64,000 bases of DNA from an uncultured virus (IMG/VR IMGVR_UViG_3300033487_000001) (IMGVR_UViG_3300033487_000001); one strand, 5' to 3'. Shown: positions 51,723-61,644, counted from the stretch's first letter. Made by a program: numbers and translations. The notes: generated by a model not told the origin, from the sequence alone.

Positions 51723-51934
51723 GCGACTCCTCCTGTGGTTTCTTGGCCGGCGACGATCGCCGGCGAAAGGCTACCTGCCGATGGCCTTCTCTAGCCGGCG
51801 AGCCTCCTCGATCGTTTTGCGCTTGGCGACACGCGCCAAGGCACGCCGCACGACGCGGCTCGCCGGACGGCAGCACGGGCAGCGAACGCCGCCGATTCCG
51901 AAGATATGGTGTAGCGCCTTTTTGTACGGCTGTG

Positions 51935-52384
51935 TCATGTTTTCAGCATCCCGCGCTCGATGCAGTACGCGCGCACCTTCGCGGCCGATGCCTCGCTGAG
52001 ACGATCGGACGCCGGTTGATACCTGCTGCCCAGCATAGCCCTAGTCGTCAGATCCCACATCGCGTAGCAGCACTCGTACATCGTGACAAGCACGTGACCG
52101 TCGGTGTAGATCAGCGCGTGCGTCTGCGGATATTCGCGTAGCCATGGATCATGATCGGTCTCCGCCTGCTCGATCTTGACCGGAAACTTGTAATCTTGGT
52201 GATCTCCGTGTCCGCACTCCAGCAGCATCGGCGGATTGGCGTGAATGCACCGCACCGGCAAACCGTTTGGACGCAGATCGACGTATCCCTCGGCACGAGC
52301 CCGCGCAACCTCGCAGTCCCACGAGCGGGTGCAGGACAGTCCGTAGAATATCTTTCCGCAGCACGAACATGTTTTGTCGCCCAT
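51935..52384 (-). CDS. Hypothetical Cys-rich protein
   Basis: Fits operon; CxxC and HALIYTDG. Confidence 0.55.
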   Translation of the reverse strand: MGDKTCSCCGKIFYGLSCTRSWDCEVARARAEGYVDLRPNGLPVRCIHANPPMLLECGHGDHQDYKFPVKIEQAETDHDPWLREYPQTHALIYTDGHVLVTMYECCYAMWDLTTRAMLGSRYQPASDRLSEASAAKVRAYCIERGMLKT

Positions 52385-52438
52385 CAAACTCACCGCCTCT
52401 TGCCCCTCGCGCGCCACGAGTGATCCGTATCCGTAGCA

Positions 52439-52912
52439 TCAATCCGATGCAGGCTCGTTCGTGTCTGGTGTCATTTTGACGCGCAATAGGGACGCCGTGA
52501 CGCGCCGCCAGACCATCCGGTCTCGCGAATGCGCACGCATCGTACTCTGCCCGATGCACTCCAGCGCGCTGCAGCGCGCCTGCTTCCGGCGCGCGGCCCG
52601 GTGCCACAGCAGCGCCATCTTGCGCGCGGCGGCCAGCTCGCCGGCAAGGCGATCGATGTCGGCGTGCGCCTCGTCTAGCTCGCGTCGCAACTCGGCGGGA
52701 AATCGCTCGTCAAGCCTTTGTACGGCACCGAACCGGCCCGAGACCAGCTCCAAAATGTCCACCTCGATCGTGAGGCTCTGGCGCGATGGGTACGTATCAC
52801 GCATCGTCGCCCCATCGATTCTTAGAACGTACGCGTCGCCGCATGGGTGCGCATAGATCTCCACGGACTTCCCGTTATCAAGAATCGCCACCCACTCACG
52901 ATTCGGCAACAT
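52439..52912 (-). CDS. Hypothetical protein
   Basis: Fits operon. Confidence 0.55.
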   Translation of the reverse strand: MLPNREWVAILDNGKSVEIYAHPCGDAYVLRIDGATMRDTYPSRQSLTIEVDILELVSGRFGAVQRLDERFPAELRRELDEAHADIDRLAGELAAARKMALLWHRAARRKQARCSALECIGQSTMRAHSRDRMVWRRVTASLLRVKMTPDTNEPASD

Positions 52913-53420
52913 GATATCCCCCGTAAGGGCAGTATTCCACGCAGGCCTCGATGCCGGCGTGATACAGCTGGCTCACCGTGTGCTCCGTGCCGTGTGTGCG
53001 GGACCATCGGGCTCCCAGCGCAACGACCCGCACATCGAATCCACTCTGCTTGGCCTTTGCCGCTGCGCGCGCCAGCTCCACGTTGCGCGGCAGCGGTCCC
53101 GGTGACGCCTCGCTCCAGCGCGAGACGCGACGGATGCCGGTGGCGCCGCTGCCAAGCACACACTCGACCCGGTCGCCGTTCGGCAGGTACTCCACCAGCT
53201 TCCTCTGACCACGGAAGCTGAACGCTAGAGTACCGGCCCATTCGTCTGGCGAGCCGGGGCAGCCGCCGGTCAGGATGACGCTGCCATCCGGGGTGGCGTC
53301 CAGCCACTCGCACAGCCTCAGATTGGCCCACGCGCGCGGCAGCGGCGACTTGCAGCGTGCTTGATCGAGCGCGCGAGACCCCGTGACCACCAACAGCGTT
53401 CTACTCATCATCCGCTCCAT
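52896..53420 (-). CDS. SLOG-family (DUF2493/YspA-like) protein
   Basis: VVTGSR, GGCPGxPD, GPxxRN, GTxHT. Confidence 0.7.
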   Translation of the reverse strand: MERMMSRTLLVVTGSRALDQARCKSPLPRAWANLRLCEWLDATPDGSVILTGGCPGSPDEWAGTLAFSFRGQRKLVEYLPNGDRVECVLGSGATGIRRVSRWSEASPGPLPRNVELARAAAKAKQSGFDVRVVALGARWSRTHGTEHTVSQLYHAGIEACVEYCPYGGYHVAES

Positions 53421-54309
53421 TGTCCAGTTTGTCCACCAGCATCACGGCTGTAGATTCAGCCAAGCGCTCGCTCCACCTGGCGTGCCAAGCCAACCTGGCG
53501 GGACTTTCGTCCTGCAGAATCCTCTTTAGTCCGCGCTGATTAAGCGGAATGCGCCTGACGTATGATGGGCCCTCGGCGATCGTGCGCCGCGCCACCTCGC
53601 CGCGCTGCTTGGCGCGATCGTATGCCAGGTCGGCCAGAGCGCGTCCGACTCGTTCCATCGCGGCGGCAGCTTTCTTTTTGCCGCAGCCACCGATCACGTG
53701 GCATGCGGCCTTGAGTGCAAAGTCGTTCGGAGGCAACGTGTTGGCGTCGATCCACTCGCGGGCCTGCGTATACCCCCACAGCGAGAACACCAGATCCGGA
53801 TGACACTCGCGGACTACGCGCACGCGAATCATCAACGCCCACGTCACCTGGGCGTCGGATCCGTACAGCTGCGGCATGCCAGACGTCCACTCCTCCACCT
53901 GTTGCCGCACTACCTCGAACCACGGCGGCATATCGATCCACCCTCGGGCTGTGTCCATGTCGCTCGCAAAACGAGTAATCAGGCCGCCGGATCGCTCGAA
54001 GTACGTTCTCTTGCCGATGTTCCCCTTCGAGCTCTCCGTGTTCACCTCGAACACGCCATCAGCGTCGAGCAGGCGCGCGGGCGCGCCTCTTCCGGCCGGA
54101 TCGAACCATGGCTTCATGAACACGCGGCCCATATCCATTGGCAGATACCCGTCGTATGCGATCGGCTGTGGCACGAGCCGCGCCACCCACTGCTCGTGGG
54201 TCTCGACGACGCACACGCTTGTCTCGCGCGGCGTAAAGCGTGGCAGACACACCCCAGGAGACGGCGTCCAGCCCAGCTCTTGGTCGTCCATAGATGTGCG
54301 ACGTGACAT
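53401..54309 (-). CDS. Hypothetical protein
   Basis: 302 aa; TAATCT 6 nt before ATG. Confidence 0.65.
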   Translation of the reverse strand: MSRRTSMDDQELGWTPSPGVCLPRFTPRETSVCVVETHEQWVARLVPQPIAYDGYLPMDMGRVFMKPWFDPAGRGAPARLLDADGVFEVNTESSKGNIGKRTYFERSGGLITRFASDMDTARGWIDMPPWFEVVRQQVEEWTSGMPQLYGSDAQVTWALMIRVRVVRECHPDLVFSLWGYTQAREWIDANTLPPNDFALKAACHVIGGCGKKKAAAAMERVGRALADLAYDRAKQRGEVARRTIAEGPSYVRRIPLNQRGLKRILQDESPARLAWHARWSERLAESTAVMLVDKLDNGADDE

Positions 54310-54342
54310 GGGCGTAGATTATTCAGGTGGGTTCGATGCCCC

Positions 54343-54528
54343 CTACATCAAGAAGCACGCTGCGGCATACAACACCGAAATGCTGCCGAACACCACGCCG
54401 AACACCACCCCGCCAGCGAATACGTGCCCGGTAAGCAGCAGGGTCACGGCTGACCCCATGATCATGCATACGATCGATGCCGCATACATCATCGCTTCAT
54501 CCTTGAGGACACGAACGCGTATGCACAC
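54343..54528 (-). CDS. Small two-TM membrane protein
   Basis: Two hydrophobic helices. Confidence 0.45.
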   Translation of the reverse strand: MCIRVRVLKDEAMMYAASIVCMIMGSAVTLLLTGHVFAGGVVFGVVFGSISVLYAAACFLM

Positions 54529-54606
54529 ACCATGATCACGCCGACTGCCGCTAGGACGGCGCCGGTGGCGTATCCGAGCCCGTATCCGTCGAAAAACGCA
54601 GCCACC

Positions 54607-55086
54607 TCACACCTCCTCGTCCAGCATCTCGCATACCTTGTCGACGTGTTCCGGCTGCAGCCCCAGAGCCCACTTCGTTTGCACCAACCGATGCCGCAGC
54701 TCACCCATGTCGCTGTCGTCGTCAAGGATGACAAACGATGAGATCGGCTCATGCCGCTCGTAGCCCGTGGCCGCGTAATCGGCAAGCCACGCCGCGATCT
54801 GATCTCCGCGGCATGAGCCGCCAGTCGGCGTATCACCGAGCACGCGTGCGGACTCCACGCCGCGCCCCACCAGCAACGACTCCATCACCAAGTGATGGGT
54901 AGTGAGCCTCCACGTAGAGGAGATCACCAGTTTGGCGCCGGTGCGCCTCAAGATGGTCTGCAACACGGCGCACGCGTCAGGGTCAATCATGTTGCGCAAA
55001 ATGCGACCGTTGAAAATGCCGGGATTATCCTCCAGGTACTTGCCGCTGTTCAGCACTCCGTCCACGTCCAGGAAGATCACCTTCAC
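54607..55086 (-). CDS. HAD-superfamily phosphatase (RNA-repair-associated type)
   Basis: FLDVDGVLN, VISSTWR, FVILDD. Confidence 0.85.
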   Translation of the reverse strand: MKVIFLDVDGVLNSGKYLEDNPGIFNGRILRNMIDPDACAVLQTILRRTGAKLVISSTWRLTTHHLVMESLLVGRGVESARVLGDTPTGGSCRGDQIAAWLADYAATGYERHEPISSFVILDDDSDMGELRHRLVQTKWALGLQPEHVDKVCEMLDEEV

Positions 55087-55436
55087 GGATTCACGTCTTT
55101 GGCTTCGGAGCCGGGTCCTTCGTCTTCGGCGCCGGCACATACGCCCACGCCTCGTGGTTCACCTTGAACTTCGCCCGCTCCAGCGCTTTCACCCACCGAG
55201 CCTCTTGTGCATAGTCCATCGAATAACCTCGCCAGCTCATACAGAGCTGCCTCGGTCTGCGCCACCGCCATCGCGTACCGATGCTGCAGCACCGACAGCC
55301 AGAACAAACACGCCATCGCCACGACCCACATCACGATCCGGTAGGTCTCCCATCCGGTCGACAGGGCGCGGCCCAGCACCACGCCGCTCGCCGCCAGACC
55401 CAGCCGCAGTAATACGCCTTCCGACGTTGGGCTCAT
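55083..55436 (-). CDS. Membrane protein
   Basis: Two hydrophobic segments; GGAGG SD. Confidence 0.5.
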   Translation of the reverse strand: MSPTSEGVLLRLGLAASGVVLGRALSTGWETYRIVMWVVAMACLFWLSVLQHRYAMAVAQTEAALYELARLFDGLCTRGSVGESAGAGEVQGEPRGVGVCAGAEDEGPGSEAKDVNP

Positions 55437-56009
55437 TCAGATATCCCTCCACTTTCGGTGTCGCACGACGTTACAGAACAACTCCCCCTGCTCCAGCGCA
55501 TCCTCGACCGCCACGTGCGTATGCGGCGGCAGATCCTGTGTCCACGACCGCGGCATCGTCGAGCGGTCGACCATCCGCAGCGGCTTGCCGAGCACGCCGG
55601 CCGCGTACGACCTGAGGTCGATCGACCGGAAGCCGAACGGCGACCCGCCGGTCGCGTATCGCGTGAGATACCAGTGCACCCACATGAAGTCGAATCCGAG
55701 CGGCGCGGCCACGAACACCGGCGCGCCCGGCAGCGTGCCGAGCCACGCGACCAGCCGCTCCATCGCCACGGACGGCGGCACGACATCGACGCGCGAGCGC
55801 GCGTACGCGTCACCCTGCTTCGACCACCATCGCTCGGTCGTGGCGTCGGCGACCGCGCCAGGCGTGAGCTCCAGGTTGACCGAGAACGCGCCGACGTTCA
55901 TCAGATCCTCGTCGTACGCCACGCAGCCGATACTGAGCAGCGAGTTGATCCCCGGCAGCGGGCCGTCGGTCTCGACGTCGACCGATACGTATATCTCGCG
56001 CGCGGCCAT
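55437..56009 (-). CDS. DEDDh 3'-5' exonuclease
   Basis: DVETDGP, FD, HxAxxDA. Confidence 0.88.
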   Translation of the reverse strand: MAAREIYVSVDVETDGPLPGINSLLSIGCVAYDEDLMNVGAFSVNLELTPGAVADATTERWWSKQGDAYARSRVDVVPPSVAMERLVAWLGTLPGAPVFVAAPLGFDFMWVHWYLTRYATGGSPFGFRSIDLRSYAAGVLGKPLRMVDRSTMPRSWTQDLPPHTHVAVEDALEQGELFCNVVRHRKWRDI

Positions 56010-56581
56010 CAGCACTCCACCTTGTCGATGCTGTAAAACTTGGCTCCGACCCGCATCATCGCGAGCAGGCGGCGGTACACCTCGATCGTCGTCTCGATGT
56101 CGCACAGCGCCGAATGCGGACGATCGTAGTCGACGCCGAAGTACTCGGCCAGGCATACCAGGCTCGTGGCCGGCACCTCGCCCGCAACCTCCAACGGATC
56201 AGCCAACGCCTGCGTGTCGGTGGTGCGGTGGTATAGCTCCGGGATATCTATGCAGGCCATGCGCAGCCCGCCGAGCACCATCTCGCGATCGAAGGCGATG
56301 TTGTGCCCCGACAGGCGCACGCGGTCGTTCAGGCGGAACAGAATCTGATAAAACGCATCGTCGTATCGAGATGCGCTGCGCCACTTGGCGGCGGAGTATC
56401 CGTTGACCCGCAGCGCGTCTGCGTCTACCTCGTACAGGTCTTCGCGCAGCTCGATCTGCGACGCGTACGTGTCCAACACCTCGGACGCGTCGGGCGTCGT
56501 CAGCACCATCGCGATCTCGATGACGCCGTGTCTGGCTGGGTCGAGACCCGTGGTCTCCGTGTCGATCCAGAGCTTGTTCAT
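56009..56581 (-). CDS. DnaQ-like DEDDh 3'-5' exonuclease
   Basis: IDTETTGL, GHNIAFD, HSALCD. Confidence 0.9.
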   Translation of the reverse strand: MNKLWIDTETTGLDPARHGVIEIAMVLTTPDASEVLDTYASQIELREDLYEVDADALRVNGYSAAKWRSASRYDDAFYQILFRLNDRVRLSGHNIAFDREMVLGGLRMACIDIPELYHRTTDTQALADPLEVAGEVPATSLVCLAEYFGVDYDRPHSALCDIETTIEVYRRLLAMMRVGAKFYSIDKVEC

Positions 56582-56600
56582 GCCGTTCTTTCTGTTGGGT

Positions 56601-56858
56601 TCACGACTTCTGCCACTCGCGAGGCGCGCCCGACCCGCCGAAGTCGGCGGACGACCCGCTGGACGCGGCGCGCCGTATCCTGCCGTCGATCTCCGCGTCG
56701 AACGCCTCGATGGCGCTCTTGATGGCGCGCTCGCGAAGCACCTCGCGGAGCCTCTCTTGCCGCATCGGCCCCGTGAGATATTCGGCCGAGACGGTCGACC
56801 AGAGACGGTACTCGATGCGGCCGTCGTCGCGGGTCCGCGCGTGGATGATCACCGCCAT
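56601..56858 (-). CDS. Hypothetical protein
   Basis: AGGAGG SD; YRLWSTV. Confidence 0.6.
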   Translation of the reverse strand: MAVIIHARTRDDGRIEYRLWSTVSAEYLTGPMRQERLREVLRERAIKSAIEAFDAEIDGRIRRAASSGSSADFGGSGAPREWQKS

Positions 56859-56874
56859 GTAGGCCTCCTGCCGA

Positions 56875-57219
56875 CTAGACGAACAGATGCAGCAGCCGAC
56901 CGATACCGAGCATCAGCAACGGGAATACGATGCCGGTCCCTATCCAGTATCCAAGCACCTTGAATGCGTCGGGTGGCACCACAGTAGAGTCGTTGCGCGA
57001 CCCAACATAAACATACGGAGGCACCACCAGGCTTGCGGTGAACGCGATTCCGATAGCCGATCCCAGGCTTAGTTCTCTTACGCCTAGGGGTCCGGAGATG
57101 AACCACCCCCAAGAGCACGCAAGCACGTATCCCTGTAGCACCGGGTAGACCACCGCCAGCGCCACCATCGCCAGCAGCCAGCACATTTTTCCGTACCACG
57201 TTCCAGGAAGGTTTGACAT
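56875..57219 (-). CDS. Three-TM membrane protein
   Basis: Hydrophobic helices; AAGGAG SD. Confidence 0.65.
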   Translation of the reverse strand: MSNLPGTWYGKMCWLLAMVALAVVYPVLQGYVLACSWGWFISGPLGVRELSLGSAIGIAFTASLVVPPYVYVGSRNDSTVVPPDAFKVLGYWIGTGIVFPLLMLGIGRLLHLFV

Positions 57220-57301
57220 GCTGTTTCTCCTTGTCGCGTTAGACTAGCTGCCCAACGCACTCTCTTGATTCGTATCCACTCCGACGTCGCGCCGAGGACC
57301 G

Positions 57302-57973
57302 TTATTCATCCGCCTGCGCCAGATACCGATCGAGTAGCACGATCCGCTGCGTGCGATCAAAAAATGCCTCCACGCGGCCTCCGTGGAGCCGCATCAGCGC
57401 TTCGCCCGGGGTCTCGCGCATCGGCACGGCCGCGCTGATTGTTACTCTGGAATAGCTCAGGCATTGGTCGTCGGTGATACCACGCCGCGCCGCCTCTTGC
57501 TCGGCCGTAACCAGCCTCCTCCAAGCCCCATCTACCCATCCGATGTCCGTCGCCTGAGCGCTCGGATATTCAATATCGCTAGCGGTGACTGAAAATCCGA
57601 CGGAATGCGAGTGAACATTCAACGCGTCATTGAACATTTTCGGCTTCACCAGCGAAGCATAGACGGATCTTGACCAAGCCACGGCTTCCTGCCGGCCGCA
57701 TAGCGAGGCTCCTGGACATGTCTCCCGATGGCCGTACCGCAGGCCCGCGCGCCACAGGACGGTGCCGGCGGAGAGCGAATGCTCACGGACCAGCTCGAAC
57801 ACATCGAACAGACGAGATCCGTCGTGGTAGCGGATATCGATCGCGACCTGCAGCAGGTATTCGGACCGCACACGCACGAGGCACGCAACGCAGACGGCAC
57901 GGTACCCCTCCGCCTCTTGGTCGGCGGTCAGACGCGAATCGTGCCACGTACCGCAGTCGGCGCAGCGCAACAT
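57302..57973 (-). CDS. Hypothetical protein with N-terminal Zn finger
   Basis: CADC...CVAC; AGGA SD. Confidence 0.55.
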   Translation of the reverse strand: MLRCADCGTWHDSRLTADQEAEGYRAVCVACLVRVRSEYLLQVAIDIRYHDGSRLFDVFELVREHSLSAGTVLWRAGLRYGHRETCPGASLCGRQEAVAWSRSVYASLVKPKMFNDALNVHSHSVGFSVTASDIEYPSAQATDIGWVDGAWRRLVTAEQEAARRGITDDQCLSYSRVTISAAVPMRETPGEALMRLHGGRVEAFFDRTQRIVLLDRYLAQADE

Positions 57974-58126
57974 GTGGTCATCCTGTCCGACCGGAGCGGG
58001 TGACAGCCACGCGCTACTCGTCTCGGTTCTGCAGCCACACCATGGCCACCAGCAATCCAATCATCACCACAGACAGAAGGCCGTTGCCGATTTCCGCAAA
58101 GTGTCGATCAACGAACGTCCAGAAAT

Positions 58127-58372
58127 TCATGTGACCCTCCGTGTCGAGGCGTGAGTGGACACCAGTTCTTCCGCCTGGGTGCAGATGAAGACCGTGTCCA
58201 CGTGCGGCGGCAGCGCCTCCGGGATATACAGCCTGGACCACGGCGAATACTTGCCAGTCTCGACCAGCATCGGACCTCCGACTTGTCCGATCGGACACGC
58301 GTCGATGGTCCATCTCGGATGCCGTGTCACTTGAAGCCACGAATCACTTGCCGTCCCCGGATGGCTCGTCAA
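58127..58372 (-). CDS. Hypothetical protein
   Basis: Fits operon. Confidence 0.35.
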   Translation of the reverse strand: MTSHPGTASDSWLQVTRHPRWTIDACPIGQVGGPMLVETGKYSPWSRLYIPEALPPHVDTVFICTQAEELVSTHASTRRVT

Positions 58373-58841
58373 GCACGGAGAACTTCCCGGTGATCCGGTC
58401 GCGGAACGCCTGCGACATATCGATTGATTCGAACGGGAACATGCCCGCCACGCGCAGCGAGCAGATCACTAGATCTGCCAGATACTTGCCGGTGGCCGCC
58501 CGGATAGAATCCGCGTGCGACGCGGTGAAGTCGGTGTGGTCGAACTCCTCGAACAGCTCCATGAGCTTGCCGGTGGCCTTGACGATATGCTTCAGCGCGT
58601 GTTCCGCGTCGCGCTGCGGCTCGCTGCACGCGAGAAACTCGCTGGAGTAATCGTGGACTCCCCACGGCAGGTTCTCTTGCAGCAGACGCAGCGCAGCCGC
58701 TGCGCTCAGGCACGTGTTCACTCGCTTGTCTGTCACCGCGATCTCTTCTTTGGTCATCCCGTGCGCCATGCGCGGCTCCTTCTGTTCTGATGATTCGCCA
58801 ACAAAACAATCGAATTCACCGAACGCCATATACGCCTCCAT
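58344..58841 (-). CDS. Hypothetical protein (MazG-like helical pattern)
   Basis: HALKHIVKATGKL...LADLVI resembles all-alpha NTP pyrophosphatases; weak. Confidence 0.5.
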   Translation of the reverse strand: MEAYMAFGEFDCFVGESSEQKEPRMAHGMTKEEIAVTDKRVNTCLSAAAALRLLQENLPWGVHDYSSEFLACSEPQRDAEHALKHIVKATGKLMELFEEFDHTDFTASHADSIRAATGKYLADLVICSLRVAGMFPFESIDMSQAFRDRITGKFSVLDEPSGDGK

Positions 58842-58865
58842 GTAATCAAGTAGCCTGTACGCCCG

Positions 58866-59327
58866 TCACTGCTCATCTGCGAGCCAGCCGATCGACTCAA
58901 TCACGCGTTTCGCGTTGAGATAGGCTGTCGCCTCGTCTCGCCGCAGGTCACAGAACACCGGGCGCCGACCGTCGCTCTCTTGGCTCCATTGATGTCCCAT
59001 CGACTCGACCGCCGACACTAGACTGCGCAGCGCTGCACCGAGTCTCGTGGCCTCGTCTCGCCACGCGTCGACGTGCCCGCCGTAGCAGTCGGCAAGCGCG
59101 TCGAGTGTCTCTCGTGCGCTCGGCTGGCTGCGCTCGTCGCGCGCGCTCTCGTAAGCCCGCAGCGCGGCCTCGAACGCGTCGCGCTCTTCGCGCATCCTGC
59201 GACCAATGGTTTCGTCAGCCGGAACGCGCGGAGGAACGCTCGCGCACACCTCGTACGTCTCCAGCTCGACCCTGGCGACGCACCACGCGCGAAGCGCGTT
59301 GCGTACGCTCGATTCTCGGTCCGTCAT
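58866..59327 (-). CDS. Hypothetical protein
   Basis: Start at MTDRESS just after upstream stop; GGAG SD. Confidence 0.55.
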   Translation of the reverse strand: MTDRESSVRNALRAWCVARVELETYEVCASVPPRVPADETIGRRMREERDAFEAALRAYESARDERSQPSARETLDALADCYGGHVDAWRDEATRLGAALRSLVSAVESMGHQWSQESDGRRPVFCDLRRDEATAYLNAKRVIESIGWLADEQ

Positions 59328-59329
59328 GC

Positions 59330-59779
59330 TTATACGTCTCCGTCTCCGCTGGCAACCTTGGCTTCCATCTCGCGCAGCTCCGATTCCGTCTGTGTCAGCA
59401 TGTGCATGACGCACTCCGCCGCGTCTCGTCTCATCCATTCGTCGTCCGTCGACGTGGCGCTGGTAAGACATTCGACGGTCGCGCGAAGGCTGGTAGCTCG
59501 GTTGCGCAGCTCACACAGACGGTCGTTCGACTCCTCGCGAGCCCTCAACTCCGCCAGACGAGCGATCACGCGCGCTCTGAATTCAGTGTTGTCTCCTGCC
59601 GACATCGGCACAACGCGGCAGATCTCGTACCTGCGATCTTCGTCGTAGTCCAAGGTGTCAGCCATGCATCTGACCGCGTGGTCGTAGTCCCAGCAGCCGA
59701 CGCTGCTGGCTACGCCGTTGGACCCGTAGTACTGGTGTACGATATACCCGTATCGATCGTCATCGTCTGCCCTGTTCAT
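59330..59779 (-). CDS. Hypothetical protein, paralog of 59843-60298
   Basis: AGGAGG SD; shared DxAVxxxAD, YE, FRxxVxARL, ESxL. Confidence 0.7.
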   Translation of the reverse strand: MNRADDDDRYGYIVHQYYGSNGVASSVGCWDYDHAVRCMADTLDYDEDRRYEICRVVPMSAGDNTEFRARVIARLAELRAREESNDRLCELRNRATSLRATVECLTSATSTDDEWMRRDAAECVMHMLTQTESELREMEAKVASGDGDV

Positions 59780-59842
59780 TGTGAACCTCCTCGCGAGTCA
59801 CCGCGCACAAGACGCCATCCGAACACAAACCGGAACGATCCG

Positions 59843-60298
59843 TCACGGCTCTGATCGGTTAAGATCCTTGGCGTGCAGGACTTTGAGCACAGCCAGATCC
59901 GACTCGGCCTTGACCAACACGGACGTCAGCGTCTCCACCGCGCTCCAGGTCGCGGCGGTACCCAGTACCGGAGACCCACCCGCGTCGCTCGTGAGCGCGT
60001 TGATGGCTCCTTTGAGATCTCTCACCCTGACGCCGAGTCGCGCCAGTTCGGCCATATCCGAATCAGCGGCACGCATCTTCTGGAGACGAGCGTGTACGCA
60101 CTCTCGAAACGAATCCATCAGCTGGTCAGACGCCGCCTCCACCACCCCAAGCTCGTACGGCATACCGGCGTCGTCGTTGTCGAACATGTAATCCGCAACG
60201 CGGTCCACCGCGAGATCCCAGTCATCAAATCCATAGCTGATGCAGACGCGGCTTGCGCCGTGATACGAGTTCACGACGAACTTGATCGGATCTCCCAT
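59843..60298 (-). CDS. Hypothetical protein, paralog of 59330-59779
   Basis: AGGAGAGAGG SD; same motifs. Confidence 0.7.
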   Translation of the reverse strand: MGDPIKFVVNSYHGASRVCISYGFDDWDLAVDRVADYMFDNDDAGMPYELGVVEAASDQLMDSFRECVHARLQKMRAADSDMAELARLGVRVRDLKGAINALTSDAGGSPVLGTAATWSAVETLTSVLVKAESDLAVLKVLHAKDLNRSEP

Positions 60299-60317
60299 AG
60301 CCTCTCTCCTGTTTGGT

Positions 60318-61433
60318 CTACCGACCGGGTGCGAATCCGACAGCGGCGCCGTCGTCCGTGGCAGACGAAGCCGTAGCGCCGCGCGCTACCTTGTATACGG
60401 CGGCCAGCGTCGTTTCATTCACGAACACGTGCGTCGAATTCGGATCGATCGCGCGCAGCGCCGTCGTGGCCTCTTCCGCAGACAGCGGCCCGACGCTGAT
60501 GCGCTGCGACAGGCGACCGTCGCGCAGCATGGCCGGCTCCATATCCAGCTTCTTGGCGTTGGTGGTCGCCACGATCCGCAGGTCGAGCAGCTCGCCGAGG
60601 ATGCCGTCGGCCATGTTCAGCAGCGCCGAGATGCTGCTGATGTTGTCGGCCATGCGCCGCACCAGCGCCCCGTCGGCGTCTTCGAGCAGGATGACGATGG
60701 GGCAGTTGTCACGCCGGTAGAGCAGCGTCGTGATCAGGCTCGGGTGCCCCAGCTCGGTGAGCATGTCCGACGGCACCAGGACAAACTTTGCCTGCTCGAC
60801 CGAAGCGGCCAACGCGCGCACCAGATAGCTCTTGCCGACACCAGCGGGCCCGTCGACGATGGTCAGTCGACCCCTCGGCGATGCGCACGACAGCTCTTCG
60901 GCGGCCCTCGCGTAGGCCGCGCGCACGTCGACCGAGTAGTTGGTTGGCACGAACGAGCCGCTGATTGTACCGAGGGGTACCAGCTGCAGCTCACCCTCGA
61001 CCGTCGCCAGCACGTGGACGCGTCCGGAGGCCGGCTTGTTGGTAACCCACTTCGACGCCAGCTCGATCACCGCCTCGACGGCGTCGCGGTCGCTCGACAC
61101 GGCGTCCACGTGCACCTTGCCTCCGCGGCTCCCGGTGATCTCGGCCGCTCCGTGGTCGCGCAGGAATTTTAGTGTCCACTCCTCCGTAACGCCGTCCGCG
61201 TCGTCGAAAAACAGGCGCCACCCACGGCTAGTCATCTGCGACGCGATGCAGTCCCTTGGTACCGCCTGGGAACCAGACGTGAAGCGGCGGTACACCGCCA
61301 CTATCCCCGTATCTTTCTCGCCGGCGTAGTGCAGCATCGACGACACGTACCCCTGTATCAGGTTGGGGGATTCGCCGTGGCCCATGGACTGCGGCTGAAT
61401 CGCGGGAAGGCGTGTCCAGTGAGAGTAGTACAA
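60318..61433 (-). CDS. AAA+ ATPase
   Basis: GPAGVGKS, LLEDAD, LLNxxDG, ATTN, PAxLRxGRL (SRH). Confidence 0.9.
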   Translation of the reverse strand: MYYSHWTRLPAIQPQSMGHGESPNLIQGYVSSMLHYAGEKDTGIVAVYRRFTSGSQAVPRDCIASQMTSRGWRLFFDDADGVTEEWTLKFLRDHGAAEITGSRGGKVHVDAVSSDRDAVEAVIELASKWVTNKPASGRVHVLATVEGELQLVPLGTISGSFVPTNYSVDVRAAYARAAEELSCASPRGRLTIVDGPAGVGKSYLVRALAASVEQAKFVLVPSDMLTELGHPSLITTLLYRRDNCPIVILLEDADGALVRRMADNISSISALLNMADGILGELLDLRIVATTNAKKLDMEPAMLRDGRLSQRISVGPLSAEEATTALRAIDPNSTHVFVNETTLAAVYKVARGATASSATDDGAAVGFAPGR

Positions 61434-61458
61434 GGTGTTTCTCCTGTGGCAATGACGC

Positions 61459-61644
61459 CTACGCGTCAGACCGAGGCAGCCCTAGCGCATTCTCGACGTC
61501 ATGCAGCGCGGCAAGCGCCTCATAGTACTTGATCAACACGACAGGTCGCACGAGTTCGGTGACCGAAGCCGACTGCAGCTTGCGGCCGTTGACCCTCGAT
61601 CGCAGGGCTTTCAAAACCGCATCAAGCTTCTCACGGTCATTCAT
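61459..61644 (-). CDS. Small hypothetical protein
   Basis: ATGA overlap with upstream gene. Confidence 0.5.
   Translation of the reverse strand: MNDREKLDAVLKALRSRVNGRKLQSASVTELVRPVVLIKYYEALAALHDVENALGLPRSDA

Noticed and set aside
57013..57024. Partial third copy of the GCCTCCGTAT motif
   Set aside because: Inside a coding sequence and shorter; plausible by chance.
60318..61433. AAA ATPase as the genome-packaging ATPase
   Set aside because: Motifs are classic AAA+ with an SRH, not FtsK/HerA or terminase type, and it lies far from structural genes.
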